From contig JBDHAC010000008.1 in assembly GCA_039588275.1 (NCBI GenBank), positions 53,471-117,470 of the forward strand: a stretch of DNA of 64,000 nucleotides, in the 5' to 3' direction. Shown in pieces: positions 30,108-41,945 of the stretch. A program made the translations under genes and the position numbers. How positions within the stretch are numbered: the first letter of the stretch is position 1; every line of letters starts with the position of its first letter. This DNA is from Gemmatimonadota bacterium. Its GTDB lineage: Bacteria > Gemmatimonadota > Gemmatimonadetes > Palauibacterales > Palauibacteraceae. The notes under the pieces were generated by a model, which saw only the letters and a program-made list of their open reading frames with translations, was not told where the DNA came from and searched no databases.

Positions 30108-30122
30108 GGGCATGCCTTTTGC
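30108..30122 (+). promoter_or_regulatory. Candidate sigma54 (-24/-12) promoter
   Basis: gGGCATGCCTTTTGC, i.e. GG-N10-GC, close to the TGGCACG-N4-TTGC consensus. Confidence 0.35.
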
Positions 30123-30269
30123 CCCCCACGACTCGCGGGCGCGTCTGCGTCGAGAGCACCGTGCATCAGGGAGACACCCCTACGTTGGAGAGCCCCGCCG
30201 GGGCCTCGACACCGAGCGCACGCAGACACCGGTTGACGTACGGACGGACATACACGCGGGAGGATCGCT

Positions 30270-30860
30270 GTGAACGAGGAGAGAGAGACCGGCGGTTGGG
30301 AGGACCCGACAGCGGGAGATGCCGACATGGCTGGCTCGCAGGCGGACGGGTACGCCGGGAGCGGCGAAGAGGCGAACGCCGCCCCGGGCGATGGCCAAGA
30401 GGCGAGCGGTGATGAGCAGGATGAGAGCGAGGGCAGCCGCGGCTGGAACCCCTGGAATTCCTTCTCCGAGCTCCAGGAGACCGTGAGCGACATCGTGGAC
30501 TCGGCCCTGCGGAACGTGGGTCCGATGGCGTCCGGAAGATATCCCCGTTACGACTTGATCGAGGTCCCCGGGGAAGGGTACTGGATTCTGATGGACCTAC
30601 CCGGGGTGCACCGGGACGACCTCGAGGTGACGACGGTGGGCGACGACCTGACGATCAGCGGACAAAGAGCCAGGCCCGACTTACCGGACGGAGCCGACGT
30701 GTGTCGATCCGAGCGCGCGTTCGGTCGCTTCCGGCGCTCGATCCGGATGCCGGCAGACGTCGACGTCAACCGTGTCGGTGCCAAGCTGGAGAACGGAGTC
30801 CTGCGCCTCACGCTGCCACGCCGCACGGGCTCGGAGGAGCACAAGGTGGAGATCGAGTGA
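30270..30860 (+). CDS. Hsp20/alpha-crystallin small heat-shock protein
   Basis: [36 protein letters not shown]; long acidic N-terminus. Confidence 0.93.
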   Translation: MNEERETGGWEDPTAGDADMAGSQADGYAGSGEEANAAPGDGQEASGDEQDESEGSRGWNPWNSFSELQETVSDIVDSALRNVGPMASGRYPRYDLIEVPGEGYWILMDLPGVHRDDLEVTTVGDDLTISGQRARPDLPDGADVCRSERAFGRFRRSIRMPADVDVNRVGAKLENGVLRLTLPRRTGSEEHKVEIE

Positions 30861-30861
30861 G

Positions 30862-33531
<2,670 letters not shown>

Positions 33532-33645
33532 CTCCGTGTGGTACGGCGGCGGCGACGACCCCGGTTGGGTCGGAAGCCCGGCGATGGTAGCATGTAGCGT
33601 GCGGCAGGGCGGACTCGAGCGGGTGGCTCAAGCAGGGAGGTGAGG

Positions 33646-34092
33646 ATGCGCGGGATCGTACGGGGGTCGGCAGCCGGTTTTTTCGCACTCGCCCTTGTCG
33701 GGTGTGCATCGGGGGGCGGCCTTTCGGAGGGCCGCGAAGCGTACGGCGCGCTTTCGGCGCAGAGCGCGGTGGGCCAGTTCCTGGATGCCGCGAACCGGAG
33801 CGATTACCGCCTCATGGCGCGACTGTTCGGGAGCATCGAGGGCCCGGCCGAGCAGGATCTGGGGCGCGTGGAAGTCGAACAGCGGATGTTCGTGCTCGCT
33901 TCGCTACTTCAGCACGCCTCGTACTCGCTCCGGGAGATGGAGGTCGCGATGGAGGGCGGGCGGCGGCGGGTCATCGCTGACATTGTCGGCACGAGAAACG
34001 GCGACGTGTCGGTGCCGTTCGCCACGGCCAGCAACCAGGGTCGCTGGTTCGTGGAGCAGATCTTCACCGATGCGCTCACCGGGGGGGAGTAG
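33646..34092 (+). CDS. Hypothetical lipoprotein
   Basis: Lipobox LVG-C after a hydrophobic stretch; GGAGG SD; extended -10-like TGGTAGCAT upstream. Confidence 0.7.
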   Translation: MRGIVRGSAAGFFALALVGCASGGGLSEGREAYGALSAQSAVGQFLDAANRSDYRLMARLFGSIEGPAEQDLGRVEVEQRMFVLASLLQHASYSLREMEVAMEGGRRRVIADIVGTRNGDVSVPFATASNQGRWFVEQIFTDALTGGE

Positions 34093-34849
34093 CGGCTCGA
34101 CCCAGCCTCGGACGCTCGTACCAGCGGGCCAGAGTGCGAGGCGGCACGCGCGCGGTATAGGCGGCGCGCAGCAGCCAGTGCGAGACTACCGTCCGGACGA
34201 ACCCCCGCCCTCGCCAGCGGCGATCCGACGTGAGGGCGACCGCGTCCACCAGTTGAAAGCGCCCTAACCGGCGGAGCGACCGCACGAACCCGACGTCCTC
34301 GAACAACGGCTCCTCGGGGAACCCCCCCACGCGCTCGAAGGCCCAGCGAGTCGAGAAGATCGCTTGATCCCCGGTGGCCGTGCGGAAGACTCGCGTACGC
34401 AGATTCACGCCGCGCTCCAGCAAACGGTAGCGGATCCCCCATTCAGGTGACGGTTCCACCGCGAATCGACAGCACCCGCCGACCGTGCCCGGATCGTTCG
34501 AGGCCTCGAGGATTCGGCCACCTGCCAGCGGGTCCAGCGTGGTGTCCGCATGTAGAAAGACGAACACCCGGCCGCGCGCCAGACGCGCACCCGCGTTCAG
34601 TTGAGCGCCACGCCCGCGTGGGGCCGTGACGACCCTGGCCAGCTTGGACGCCCGCTCGACGGTATCGTCGGAGCTTCCGCCGTCGGCCACGATCAGGTCG
34701 ACCGTCTCGCCGAAGGCTTTGATCGCGGAGCGCAAGGCCGCCCCAATGGTCTCCGCCTCGTTCAGAGCCGGGATGACCACGGACACATCAACCGGCGACT
34801 CGGCTCGCCGGGTCGCCGCCGCGCTCGCCTGGATGTCGGCCTCGCTCAC
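34076..34849 (-). CDS. GT2 glycosyltransferase, TIGR04283-like (rSAM/selenodomain-associated, arsenosugar-type)
   Basis: SVVIPALNE, DGGSSD.T, GRGAQLNAGA, FLHADT, GDQAIF, FEDV, TSDRRW. Confidence 0.88.
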   Translation of the reverse strand: MSEADIQASAAATRRAESPVDVSVVIPALNEAETIGAALRSAIKAFGETVDLIVADGGSSDDTVERASKLARVVTAPRGRGAQLNAGARLARGRVFVFLHADTTLDPLAGGRILEASNDPGTVGGCCRFAVEPSPEWGIRYRLLERGVNLRTRVFRTATGDQAIFSTRWAFERVGGFPEEPLFEDVGFVRSLRRLGRFQLVDAVALTSDRRWRGRGFVRTVVSHWLLRAAYTARVPPRTLARWYERPRLGRAATPPR

Positions 34850-35265
34850 TCGCTCGAATCCACCTCGGTCAGCTCGATGAGGACGCCTCCGGTGGACCTC
34901 GGGTGGAGAAAGGCGACACGCCGGCCTCCGGCGCCGACCCGAAGCCCGGGAGGTATAATCTCGGCGCCGGCCCCCGTGGCTCGCTCCAACGCGTCGTCGA
35001 GATCGGGAACCTGTAGGCAGACGTGATGGATCCCGGGACCCCGTCGAGCCAGAAACCGGGCGATGGGTGATTCGGAATCCGTCGGCTCGAGCAGCTCGAC
35101 GCGACCCGCCCCCGCGCCGAAGAAAGCGACGCGGACGGATTCACTCGCGATTTCCTCCACCCCGGTGGGCGGAGCGCCCAGCATGGCCTCATACACAGGG
35201 AGATCGCGATCGAGTGAGTTGACCGCGATTCCGACGTGATCGATAATGGGCACCGAATCTGCCAT
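34846..35265 (-). CDS. mce: Methylmalonyl-CoA epimerase
   Basis: IDHVGIAV, VELLEP, GIHHVCL, FLHPRSTGGVLIEL (VOC fold). Confidence 0.92.
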   Translation of the reverse strand: MADSVPIIDHVGIAVNSLDRDLPVYEAMLGAPPTGVEEIASESVRVAFFGAGAGRVELLEPTDSESPIARFLARRGPGIHHVCLQVPDLDDALERATGAGAEIIPPGLRVGAGGRRVAFLHPRSTGGVLIELTEVDSSE

Positions 35266-35316
35266 TCGTACGTTACCCTTGATCGTGGGCGCCTGTCCGG
35301 CGAGGAAGCGAAAGCC

Positions 35317-35340
35317 GAACTTTCTGCCGCCCGCAACGTA
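35317..35340 (+). promoter_or_regulatory. Candidate ECF-sigma promoter for trxA
   Basis: GAAC(TT) followed by CGTA with a 16-nt spacer. Confidence 0.35.
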
Positions 35341-35421
35341 TTCGTAGCCTAACGCGAGATCTAGCGGCCGCGCGTGATGAACGGAGCACCCTCACGCGCG
35401 ACTGACTCAGGGAGGGATGAG

Positions 35422-35760
35422 ATGAGCGAGATGGTGGGGGGCGGGCCGGTCGAGATCACGGATGAGAACTTCGCCGACGAGGTCGAGAGCTCGAATGGTC
35501 TCATGCTGATCGACTTCTGGGCCGAATGGTGCGGCCCGTGCCGCATCGTGGGCCCGATCATGGAGGAGCTGGCGAGCGACTATGCGGACGTGCTGAAGGT
35601 CGGCAAGTTAGACGTGGACGCGAATCCGCAAACGTCGCAGCGTTTCAACATTCGGTCGATCCCGAGCATTCTCTTCTTCAAAGACGGCGAGCTCGTCGAC
35701 ATGGTGATCGGCGCGCTGCCAAAAGCCGCGTTGGAACAGAAGATTCTGGAACACACGTAG
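35422..35760 (+). CDS. trxA: Thioredoxin
   Basis: DFWAEWCGPC, IRSIP; GGGAGG SD. Confidence 0.97.
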   Translation: MSEMVGGGPVEITDENFADEVESSNGLMLIDFWAEWCGPCRIVGPIMEELASDYADVLKVGKLDVDANPQTSQRFNIRSIPSILFFKDGELVDMVIGALPKAALEQKILEHT

Positions 35761-35862
35761 GCCGGGTAGAGCCTCGAAGCACGTAATGGGGCCTCCCGCC
35801 CGTCGACCGGGTCGGGGGGCACCAGCGTTTTCGGGGCCTGTCCGTCTGGGGAGCCGGGTGGG

Positions 35863-36705
35863 ATGGCAGGGGTCCTATACCTTGTGAGCACACCGATCGG
35901 CAACCTCGCCGACATCACGGCGAGGGCAGCCTCGGTCCTCGGGGAGGTTTCGGTGTGTTACGCTGAAGACACTCGCCGCACCGGCCGTCTCCTCGCGCAC
36001 CTGGGGCACGACATAGCTCTCCGCTCACTCCACGCGCATAACGAAGCCGAGCGAGTGACCGAGATCGTCCGCCGGCTGGAAGCCGGGGAGGATTGCGCGC
36101 TCGTAACCGACGCGGGCACACCGTCCGTATCCGATCCGGGCCGGCGCGTGGTCGAAGCCCTGCACGAGCGCGACCTGCGCGTCGTGCCCGTCCCCGGGGC
36201 ATCGGCGGTACTTACGGCCCTGACCGTCTCCGGCCTACCGGCGGATCGCTTTCTGTTTCTCGGCTTCGCTCCCCGCCGCGGGCCCGCCCGGGCGGAGTGG
36301 ATCGCGCAGGTCGCGGCCTCTCCCCATACGGTGGTAGCCTTCGAATCGCCGAGGCGACTCGAGCAGCTTCTCATGCATCTAAGTGAAGCGGGTCTCGGCG
36401 AGCGCACCTGCGTCGTTTGTCGGGAGCTCACCAAGCTGCACGAGGAGGTTCGACGCGGCACGGTCACCGCCCTGCGCGAGGAGAGCGCGGGGGAGACGAT
36501 ACGCGGAGAGATCACATTGGTCATCGCGCCCGGAGGGCCAAGCGCCGAGCCGGACCCCGAGACGTTGGAGCGAGCCGCGCGGGAGCTGGCACGCTCAGGA
36601 GCCAGCACTCGGGATATCGTAGACCGCCTGTGTGACGAGTTCGGTGTTTCACGGAATCGAGCCTACGAGATCGGCTTGCGTGTAGAACCCGGAGACCATG
36701 CGTAG
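35863..36705 (+). CDS. rsmI: 16S rRNA (cytidine1402-2'-O)-methyltransferase
   Basis: LYLVSTPIGNL.DIT.RA, EDTR, DAGTP.VSDPG, RELTKLHEE. Confidence 0.96.
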   Translation: MAGVLYLVSTPIGNLADITARAASVLGEVSVCYAEDTRRTGRLLAHLGHDIALRSLHAHNEAERVTEIVRRLEAGEDCALVTDAGTPSVSDPGRRVVEALHERDLRVVPVPGASAVLTALTVSGLPADRFLFLGFAPRRGPARAEWIAQVAASPHTVVAFESPRRLEQLLMHLSEAGLGERTCVVCRELTKLHEEVRRGTVTALREESAGETIRGEITLVIAPGGPSAEPDPETLERAARELARSGASTRDIVDRLCDEFGVSRNRAYEIGLRVEPGDHA

Positions 36706-39700
36706 CCATCGGAGAGACGGCCTGGAACGTTTCGTCGACGCGGTCACGGCGGTGCGACGGCGGGTCGGGTTCGTGTTCCTGGCGCGTGGAATCACTCTGG
36801 CGGCCGCCGTCGTCCTGCTGCTTAGCGTGGTGCCGGCGGACCTGCGGGAGGGGCGAGGTTCACCGTGGCCGCTGCTCGCCGCGTTCCTGCTCGCGATCGG
36901 GATCGCGGCAGGGGCGGCCCTGTACCGCCGTACACGGAGCCGGCTGACCCCACCTCGTGTGGCACTGGAAGCCGATCGGGCAGCCGGGCTCGGCGAAGGC
37001 GATGTCCTGGCCGCACTCGAGCTCGTTCGTTCAGAACGACACATAGTTGAGGACGGCCTCGCGTCGCTGGCCGGTCTGCACCGCCGCCGTGTGAGCGAGG
37101 GGCTCGCCGACTTGACCCTCGAGCGGTTGCTGCCCGCGAGCACGTCCCGCTGGCGGCGGCGGGCGGCGCGCGCGCTTCTCGTCGGCGCCGCAGTCCTCGG
37201 CCTCCTGGCCGTCTCGATCATCGCCCGACCGAGAGCCACTTATTCGGCCGCGGCGGCGCTCGGCGCCCCGTGGCGCACAGCGTTCCCGCCACCGCTTCTC
37301 CCCCTCCAGGTCAGTCTGGAGGACGAGGTGGTCGCGAGGGGCCGACCGGCCGACGTGCGAGTGGAGGCTCCGGGACGAAGCGAGGTGACCCTCGTCTGGC
37401 AGGTCACCGGCGAGCCGCCACGGAGGCAGGTGCTCCCCGTGGGGGAGGGGGACGAGGCGAGTGGCTCGACGGACCCGATCACCGTGCCGCTGCGCCTGTG
37501 GGCGGAGGATGCGGAGGGGGAGACGAGCGACACGCTTCTCGTCCGCCCCGTCGAGCCGCTGCTCGTGCAAGATCTGCGCGCGACGATTACCTATCCGGCC
37601 TACCTGGGGCGAGGGGGAGAGGTCCACCGAGGCCGGATCCCCCCGTTGGTGATCCCCGAGGGAACGAGGGTCGCGCTCGCCGGCGAGGCGAATCAGCCGC
37701 TCGACGACGCCCACTTGGAGCTCACACCGATCGCGTCGGCGTCCGGGTCCGAGGTCAGCGAGCCGACCCTGTTGCTCGATTTGGCCGGGCGCAGCTTCAG
37801 CGGCGAGTTGTGGCCCACGGTTTCCGGACGGTGGATCTGGCGGCTGGAGTCGGCTCTCGGCATCGGCGCTCCGATCGTCCCCGAGCCTCTAGAGCTCATC
37901 GTGATACCGGATGCGCGACCGGACATCCGCCTGCTATTCCCGGCTCCCGACACGCTGCTAGGGCCCGACGCTGTCATGCCGTTGGTTCTCGACATCGAGG
38001 ACGATCTCGGGCTCAGGCGGGCCGAGCTCGCCTGGTGGCGATCGGTTCCCGGCGGAGGCCCGCCGAGTCGACGACGAGACCCGCTGTCGCCGGATCCCGC
38101 TGGACAGAAACGGGCCATCTTCCGTCCGATCCTCGACCTGCGTGGAGAGGATCTCATTCCGGGCGATACGGTCTTCTACCGCATTCTGGCCTATGACGAC
38201 CATCCGAGACGAGGACCGACCCAATCGGAGACGTTCCTGATCCGAGTGCCGACCCTCGCCGAGGTCAGGGCGGCCCGTGCGGACGAGAGCGAGGCCATCG
38301 CGAATGACGCCCGCCGGCTCTCCGAGGCGGCGGAACAACTCGAGGATGCGGCCGCCGAGGCCGAGCGTCGGGCATCCTCGGAGAGTCAGGCCGAGGCCGA
38401 CGCCCGACCTGGCGAGCTGGGCTTCGAGGAGACCGAAGAGGCGCGCGGCATTCTCGACCAGGCGGAGGGGATGCAGGACGCGATGCGCGAGCTCGAGGAG
38501 GATCTTCAGACGCTCCGAGAGGACATCCGGGAATCCGTATTGGCCGATCCGGTCCTCGAGGATCAATTGGCCGAGCTCGCCGAACGCTACCAGGAGCTAC
38601 TGGAAGCGGGTCTGGCCGAGCACATCGAGGAACTGTCGCGTGCCCTCCGCGAGCTGGATTCGGACGCCGTGAGAGAGGCGCTCGAGAATATGTCGGGTCA
38701 AGCGGAGTGGCTCCGCGAACAGATCGAGCAGACCCTCCGTCTGTTGGACCAGGCGTCGCTTGACCAGGCCGTAAAGGCGGCACGCGCCGAGACCGGTGAG
38801 CTGGCTGAAGCACAACGCGACGCCGCGCAGGACCGGGACACCGCTCCCGAAGAGTGGGCTGCCGGGGAGGAGCGTCTGGCCGAGGACGCGGACTCGCTGG
38901 CCGCTTCGCTGGACGAGCTCGCACGTCGACTCGCGGAGGCGGGCCAAGAACCGGCCGGTGACTCGGCCGCGACCGCCGGTGACCGGGCCGACCGGGCGGC
39001 AGATGCCATGCGGGAGGCGGCGGCGACGGCGTCCCGCGCGTCTCCCGAGGCGGGTGGGGAAGCCCAGGCTGAGCGCGCTCAGGAGGCGGCGCGCGATGCC
39101 GCTGAGGAGGCGGCCCAGGCGTTGGAGCGTGCCTCCTCGGCCCTCGACGGCGCGACAGATCCGTCGAGCGCGCGGGACGATGCCGTGGAGTCGTTGGGGC
39201 GGGCCCGCGCAGAAGCCCTGTCACTGGCCGACGCGGAAACCGACCTGGCCGAAGCCGCGCGAGGGGCCGAGTCCATCGCACCCGAGACCTGGCGAGCCCG
39301 TCAGGCCGCGGTCCGACAGGGACTCGAGAACCTGCTCTCGACACTGTCCGAAGATGGAAGTCGCAGCTCGGTGCTCGATCGAGAGATCGGGACCGCCGCG
39401 GGTGACGCGGCCGAGCAGATGGATCAGTTGCTGGAGCGTATGACGAGCGACGGTGGGAGGCGCCTCCCATCCCGCTCGGAGGCGGAGGCGGTCGTGGACG
39501 CCCTCAACGAGCTCGCAGCTCGTCTGATCGCCGGCGAACGAGCGGCGCAGGCGGCACAGCAACAGGCCGGGCAGGAAGCGGCGGCGGAGCAGATGACGTC
39601 TCTCGCGCAGCAACAACAGGGTGTGACGCAACGCACGAGCTCGCTCCTGGTGCCCGGCCCGAAGCCGAGCGGCGAGCAGCGGTCTACTGAAGTCGCGCGT

Positions 39701-40135
39701 GAACAGGAGGAGATCGCCGAGCAGCTTCGAGAGCTCGACGATCCGCAGAACGACCTCCTCGGACGGCCGGAAGAGTTGGCACGTGAAGCGCAGGATATAG
39801 CGCGCCGCATCCAATCGGGCGATGCGACACCAGAGACGGTCGAGCGACAGAGGAGGCTCTTCCGGCGCATGCTGGACGCGGGTCGATCGCTGGAGGACGA
39901 GGACCTGGATCCCAACCGGCGAGAGTCCGAGACGGGGCGCACCGCTCCGCGTGCACCGCCGGAGATCGACCCGGACCTCCTGCGCGGCGCCCGGTTCCCG
40001 CTCCCGAGCGAGGCGCTGCTCCGGGATCTGCCGCTGTTCTACCGGCGCCTGATCTTCGACTACTTCGACCGACTGAATCGCGGACCGGGCGGACCGACAA
40101 GCGCGACCTCGGGTGACGATGGGGCTCGTCGGTAG
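36698..40135 (+). CDS. Large membrane-anchored coiled-coil protein, DUF4175-like
   Basis: About 3 N-terminal TM segments, beta-rich middle (YPAY, DDLGL, YRILAYD), long Q/E/A coiled coil, C-terminal LPLFYRRLIFDYF. Confidence 0.75.
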   Translation: MRSHRRDGLERFVDAVTAVRRRVGFVFLARGITLAAAVVLLLSVVPADLREGRGSPWPLLAAFLLAIGIAAGAALYRRTRSRLTPPRVALEADRAAGLGEGDVLAALELVRSERHIVEDGLASLAGLHRRRVSEGLADLTLERLLPASTSRWRRRAARALLVGAAVLGLLAVSIIARPRATYSAAAALGAPWRTAFPPPLLPLQVSLEDEVVARGRPADVRVEAPGRSEVTLVWQVTGEPPRRQVLPVGEGDEASGSTDPITVPLRLWAEDAEGETSDTLLVRPVEPLLVQDLRATITYPAYLGRGGEVHRGRIPPLVIPEGTRVALAGEANQPLDDAHLELTPIASASGSEVSEPTLLLDLAGRSFSGELWPTVSGRWIWRLESALGIGAPIVPEPLELIVIPDARPDIRLLFPAPDTLLGPDAVMPLVLDIEDDLGLRRAELAWWRSVPGGGPPSRRRDPLSPDPAGQKRAIFRPILDLRGEDLIPGDTVFYRILAYDDHPRRGPTQSETFLIRVPTLAEVRAARADESEAIANDARRLSEAAEQLEDAAAEAERRASSESQAEADARPGELGFEETEEARGILDQAEGMQDAMRELEEDLQTLREDIRESVLADPVLEDQLAELAERYQELLEAGLAEHIEELSRALRELDSDAVREALENMSGQAEWLREQIEQTLRLLDQASLDQAVKAARAETGELAEAQRDAAQDRDTAPEEWAAGEERLAEDADSLAASLDELARRLAEAGQEPAGDSAATAGDRADRAADAMREAAATASRASPEAGGEAQAERAQEAARDAAEEAAQALERASSALDGATDPSSARDDAVESLGRARAEALSLADAETDLAEAARGAESIAPETWRARQAAVRQGLENLLSTLSEDGSRSSVLDREIGTAAGDAAEQMDQLLERMTSDGGRRLPSRSEAEAVVDALNELAARLIAGERAAQAAQQQAGQEAAAEQMTSLAQQQQGVTQRTSSLLVPGPKPSGEQRSTEVAREQEEIAEQLRELDDPQNDLLGRPEELAREAQDIARRIQSGDATPETVERQRRLFRRMLDAGRSLEDEDLDPNRRESETGRTAPRAPPEIDPDLLRGARFPLPSEALLRDLPLFYRRLIFDYFDRLNRGPGGPTSATSGDDGARR

Positions 40136-41933
40136 CCGGCCTCGCGCTGGCTTGATCGCGGGCACCGCCCTGCTCCTGGCTGCCGCCGTGCTCGCGGGAC
40201 AGGGGACGCCCGCGGTCGCGTCGCCTGCCGAGCGACGCGTCCTGGAGCAGGCCACACGCCTGCTCGACGCCGGTCGAGCGGCCGATGCGACGCGCGCCCT
40301 CCAGGATTTCCTCACCCGGGAGCCGGTTTCACCTGCTGCGCTCTCGATGCTCGTCGATCTCCACATCGAAGCGGGAGATGCAGCTCCCGCGTTGCCTTGG
40401 GTCGAGCGGGCCGTCGCCCAGGGAGCGGGCGAGCCGCGCGTCCAACGACTCTGGGTCGTGAGCTTGGTTCGTGTGGGCTTCGGAGACTCCGCGCGCGCGG
40501 TGGCACGCAGGTGGGTGCGGAACTCGCCGAACATGGCGGACGCCCACCTCGCCCTCACTGACGCGGACCTTGCGAGCGCGGACACCTCGGGCGCGATCCG
40601 TGTCCTTGAAGAAGCTCGAGATGTCGTGGAGGACCAACGAGTCGTCCTCGAGCGGCTCGCAGATCTATACCTCGCCTCCGGCGCGCGCGCGGGGCTGCTG
40701 CAGGCGTGGGAAGCGCTCCTCTCGCTCGGCGAGCCCGGGATCGTTGCCGTGGTAGAGGATGCTCGGTCCGGCGCATGGCCCCGAGAGCGCACCAAGGAGC
40801 TGTGGGTCGCGCTGTCGCAACGTTCGAGCCCCGAGTCGATGCGAAGCGGAGCTTACGCGGCATTGCGTCTCGGTAGCGCCGAGTCCGCTCGACGGTTGGC
40901 GCGCGCGGCGCAGCCGGGTGAGGTGGCGGACCGGGCGAGGTACCTACGCAGCTACGTGGGCGAGGCCACCGACGCTGGGCTTCCGGATGAGGTGGGTTGG
41001 GCCGCGGACGAGCTCGCCAGGGTGAGCACGCGCCCTGCGGACCGTCAGCGCTGGCAGGCCGTCTCGGCCGACATGGCACTCGTGGCCGGGGACACGTCGG
41101 CGGCCCGGCGTACGTTCCAGGCTTTGCTCGACGAATCCGAGCCCGGCGACGCCGCGCACCGATTGGCCAGCCGACGGCTGTTCTCCGTCCTCGCGTCTTC
41201 TCCACGTGACCTGCCGGAGGCCGCAGGATTGTGGGAATCACATCGACGCGCGTACCCCGACTCCGCGCTCGACCTCGCCAAGATGGCTGCCGAGCTGTCC
41301 GAGGGCCGAGCTCGGGCGGACGCGCTGCTTGAGGCGGAAATGGGCCTGAGGAACGCGTGGACGGCTCTCTCCTCACCCGAAGCGCGCGCCGTGATCCATG
41401 CGGCCGGCGCTCGTCTCGCGCTGCTCCGGGCCGAGCCTGACAGCGCGCTCTCGAGGTTGGCCCGGGCCACGGCCGATCCCGGGAGCGAGGCGGCGGCCCA
41501 CACCCGCAACCTGCGCCTGCTCGCCGTCCTCGAGCGTGCGGATGCGCTCGAGCTCGAGGTGCTGGGCGAAGCGCTCCTCGAGCTGCTTCGAAGCCCGGCG
41601 GAATGGAAAGCCCAGGAAGCGCTCCGCAGGCTCGAGAGCCTCCCCGCGAGCGCAGCGCGGCCGGCGATGTTGGCGCTGTTGGCGGAGGAACTCGACGCGG
41701 CGGGGCACCCCGACCAGTCGGCCGCGATCCTGCAGCGGATCATCGAAGCGTTCCCCGGAAGCCCGCACACGCCGGACGCCTTGCTGAGCCTGGCGCGGCG
41801 AGCGATTCCGACTCACCCGGATTCCGCGCGAACGTGGCTCGAGCGCCTCATCACGACCTACCCCGAGAGCGCCCTGGCCCCGCTCGCGCGCCGCCTCCTG
41901 ACCGAGCTCGACTCGGCCGGACCACAGGGTTGA
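40119..41933 (+). CDS. Exported TPR/helical-repeat protein
   Basis: Signal-peptide-like N-terminus; TPR-like A/L/R helices; FPGS and YPES turn motifs; start 40113 or 40119. Confidence 0.75.
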   Translation: MGLVGSRPRAGLIAGTALLLAAAVLAGQGTPAVASPAERRVLEQATRLLDAGRAADATRALQDFLTREPVSPAALSMLVDLHIEAGDAAPALPWVERAVAQGAGEPRVQRLWVVSLVRVGFGDSARAVARRWVRNSPNMADAHLALTDADLASADTSGAIRVLEEARDVVEDQRVVLERLADLYLASGARAGLLQAWEALLSLGEPGIVAVVEDARSGAWPRERTKELWVALSQRSSPESMRSGAYAALRLGSAESARRLARAAQPGEVADRARYLRSYVGEATDAGLPDEVGWAADELARVSTRPADRQRWQAVSADMALVAGDTSAARRTFQALLDESEPGDAAHRLASRRLFSVLASSPRDLPEAAGLWESHRRAYPDSALDLAKMAAELSEGRARADALLEAEMGLRNAWTALSSPEARAVIHAAGARLALLRAEPDSALSRLARATADPGSEAAAHTRNLRLLAVLERADALELEVLGEALLELLRSPAEWKAQEALRRLESLPASAARPAMLALLAEELDAAGHPDQSAAILQRIIEAFPGSPHTPDALLSLARRAIPTHPDSARTWLERLITTYPESALAPLARRLLTELDSAGPQG

Positions 41934-41945
41934 GGAGGAGCGGGG

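Noticed and set aside
29869..30269. CIRCE or HAIR heat-shock operator
   Set aside because: TTAGCGCCTC near 29963 resembles a CIRCE left arm but has no matching right arm at 9-nt spacing; no CTTGAGT-N7-ACTCAAG
35374..35405. Box C/D-like motifs (GTGATGA...CTGA) in the trxA leader
   Set aside because: Short motifs expected by chance; the C-like box lies within a competing perfect hairpin
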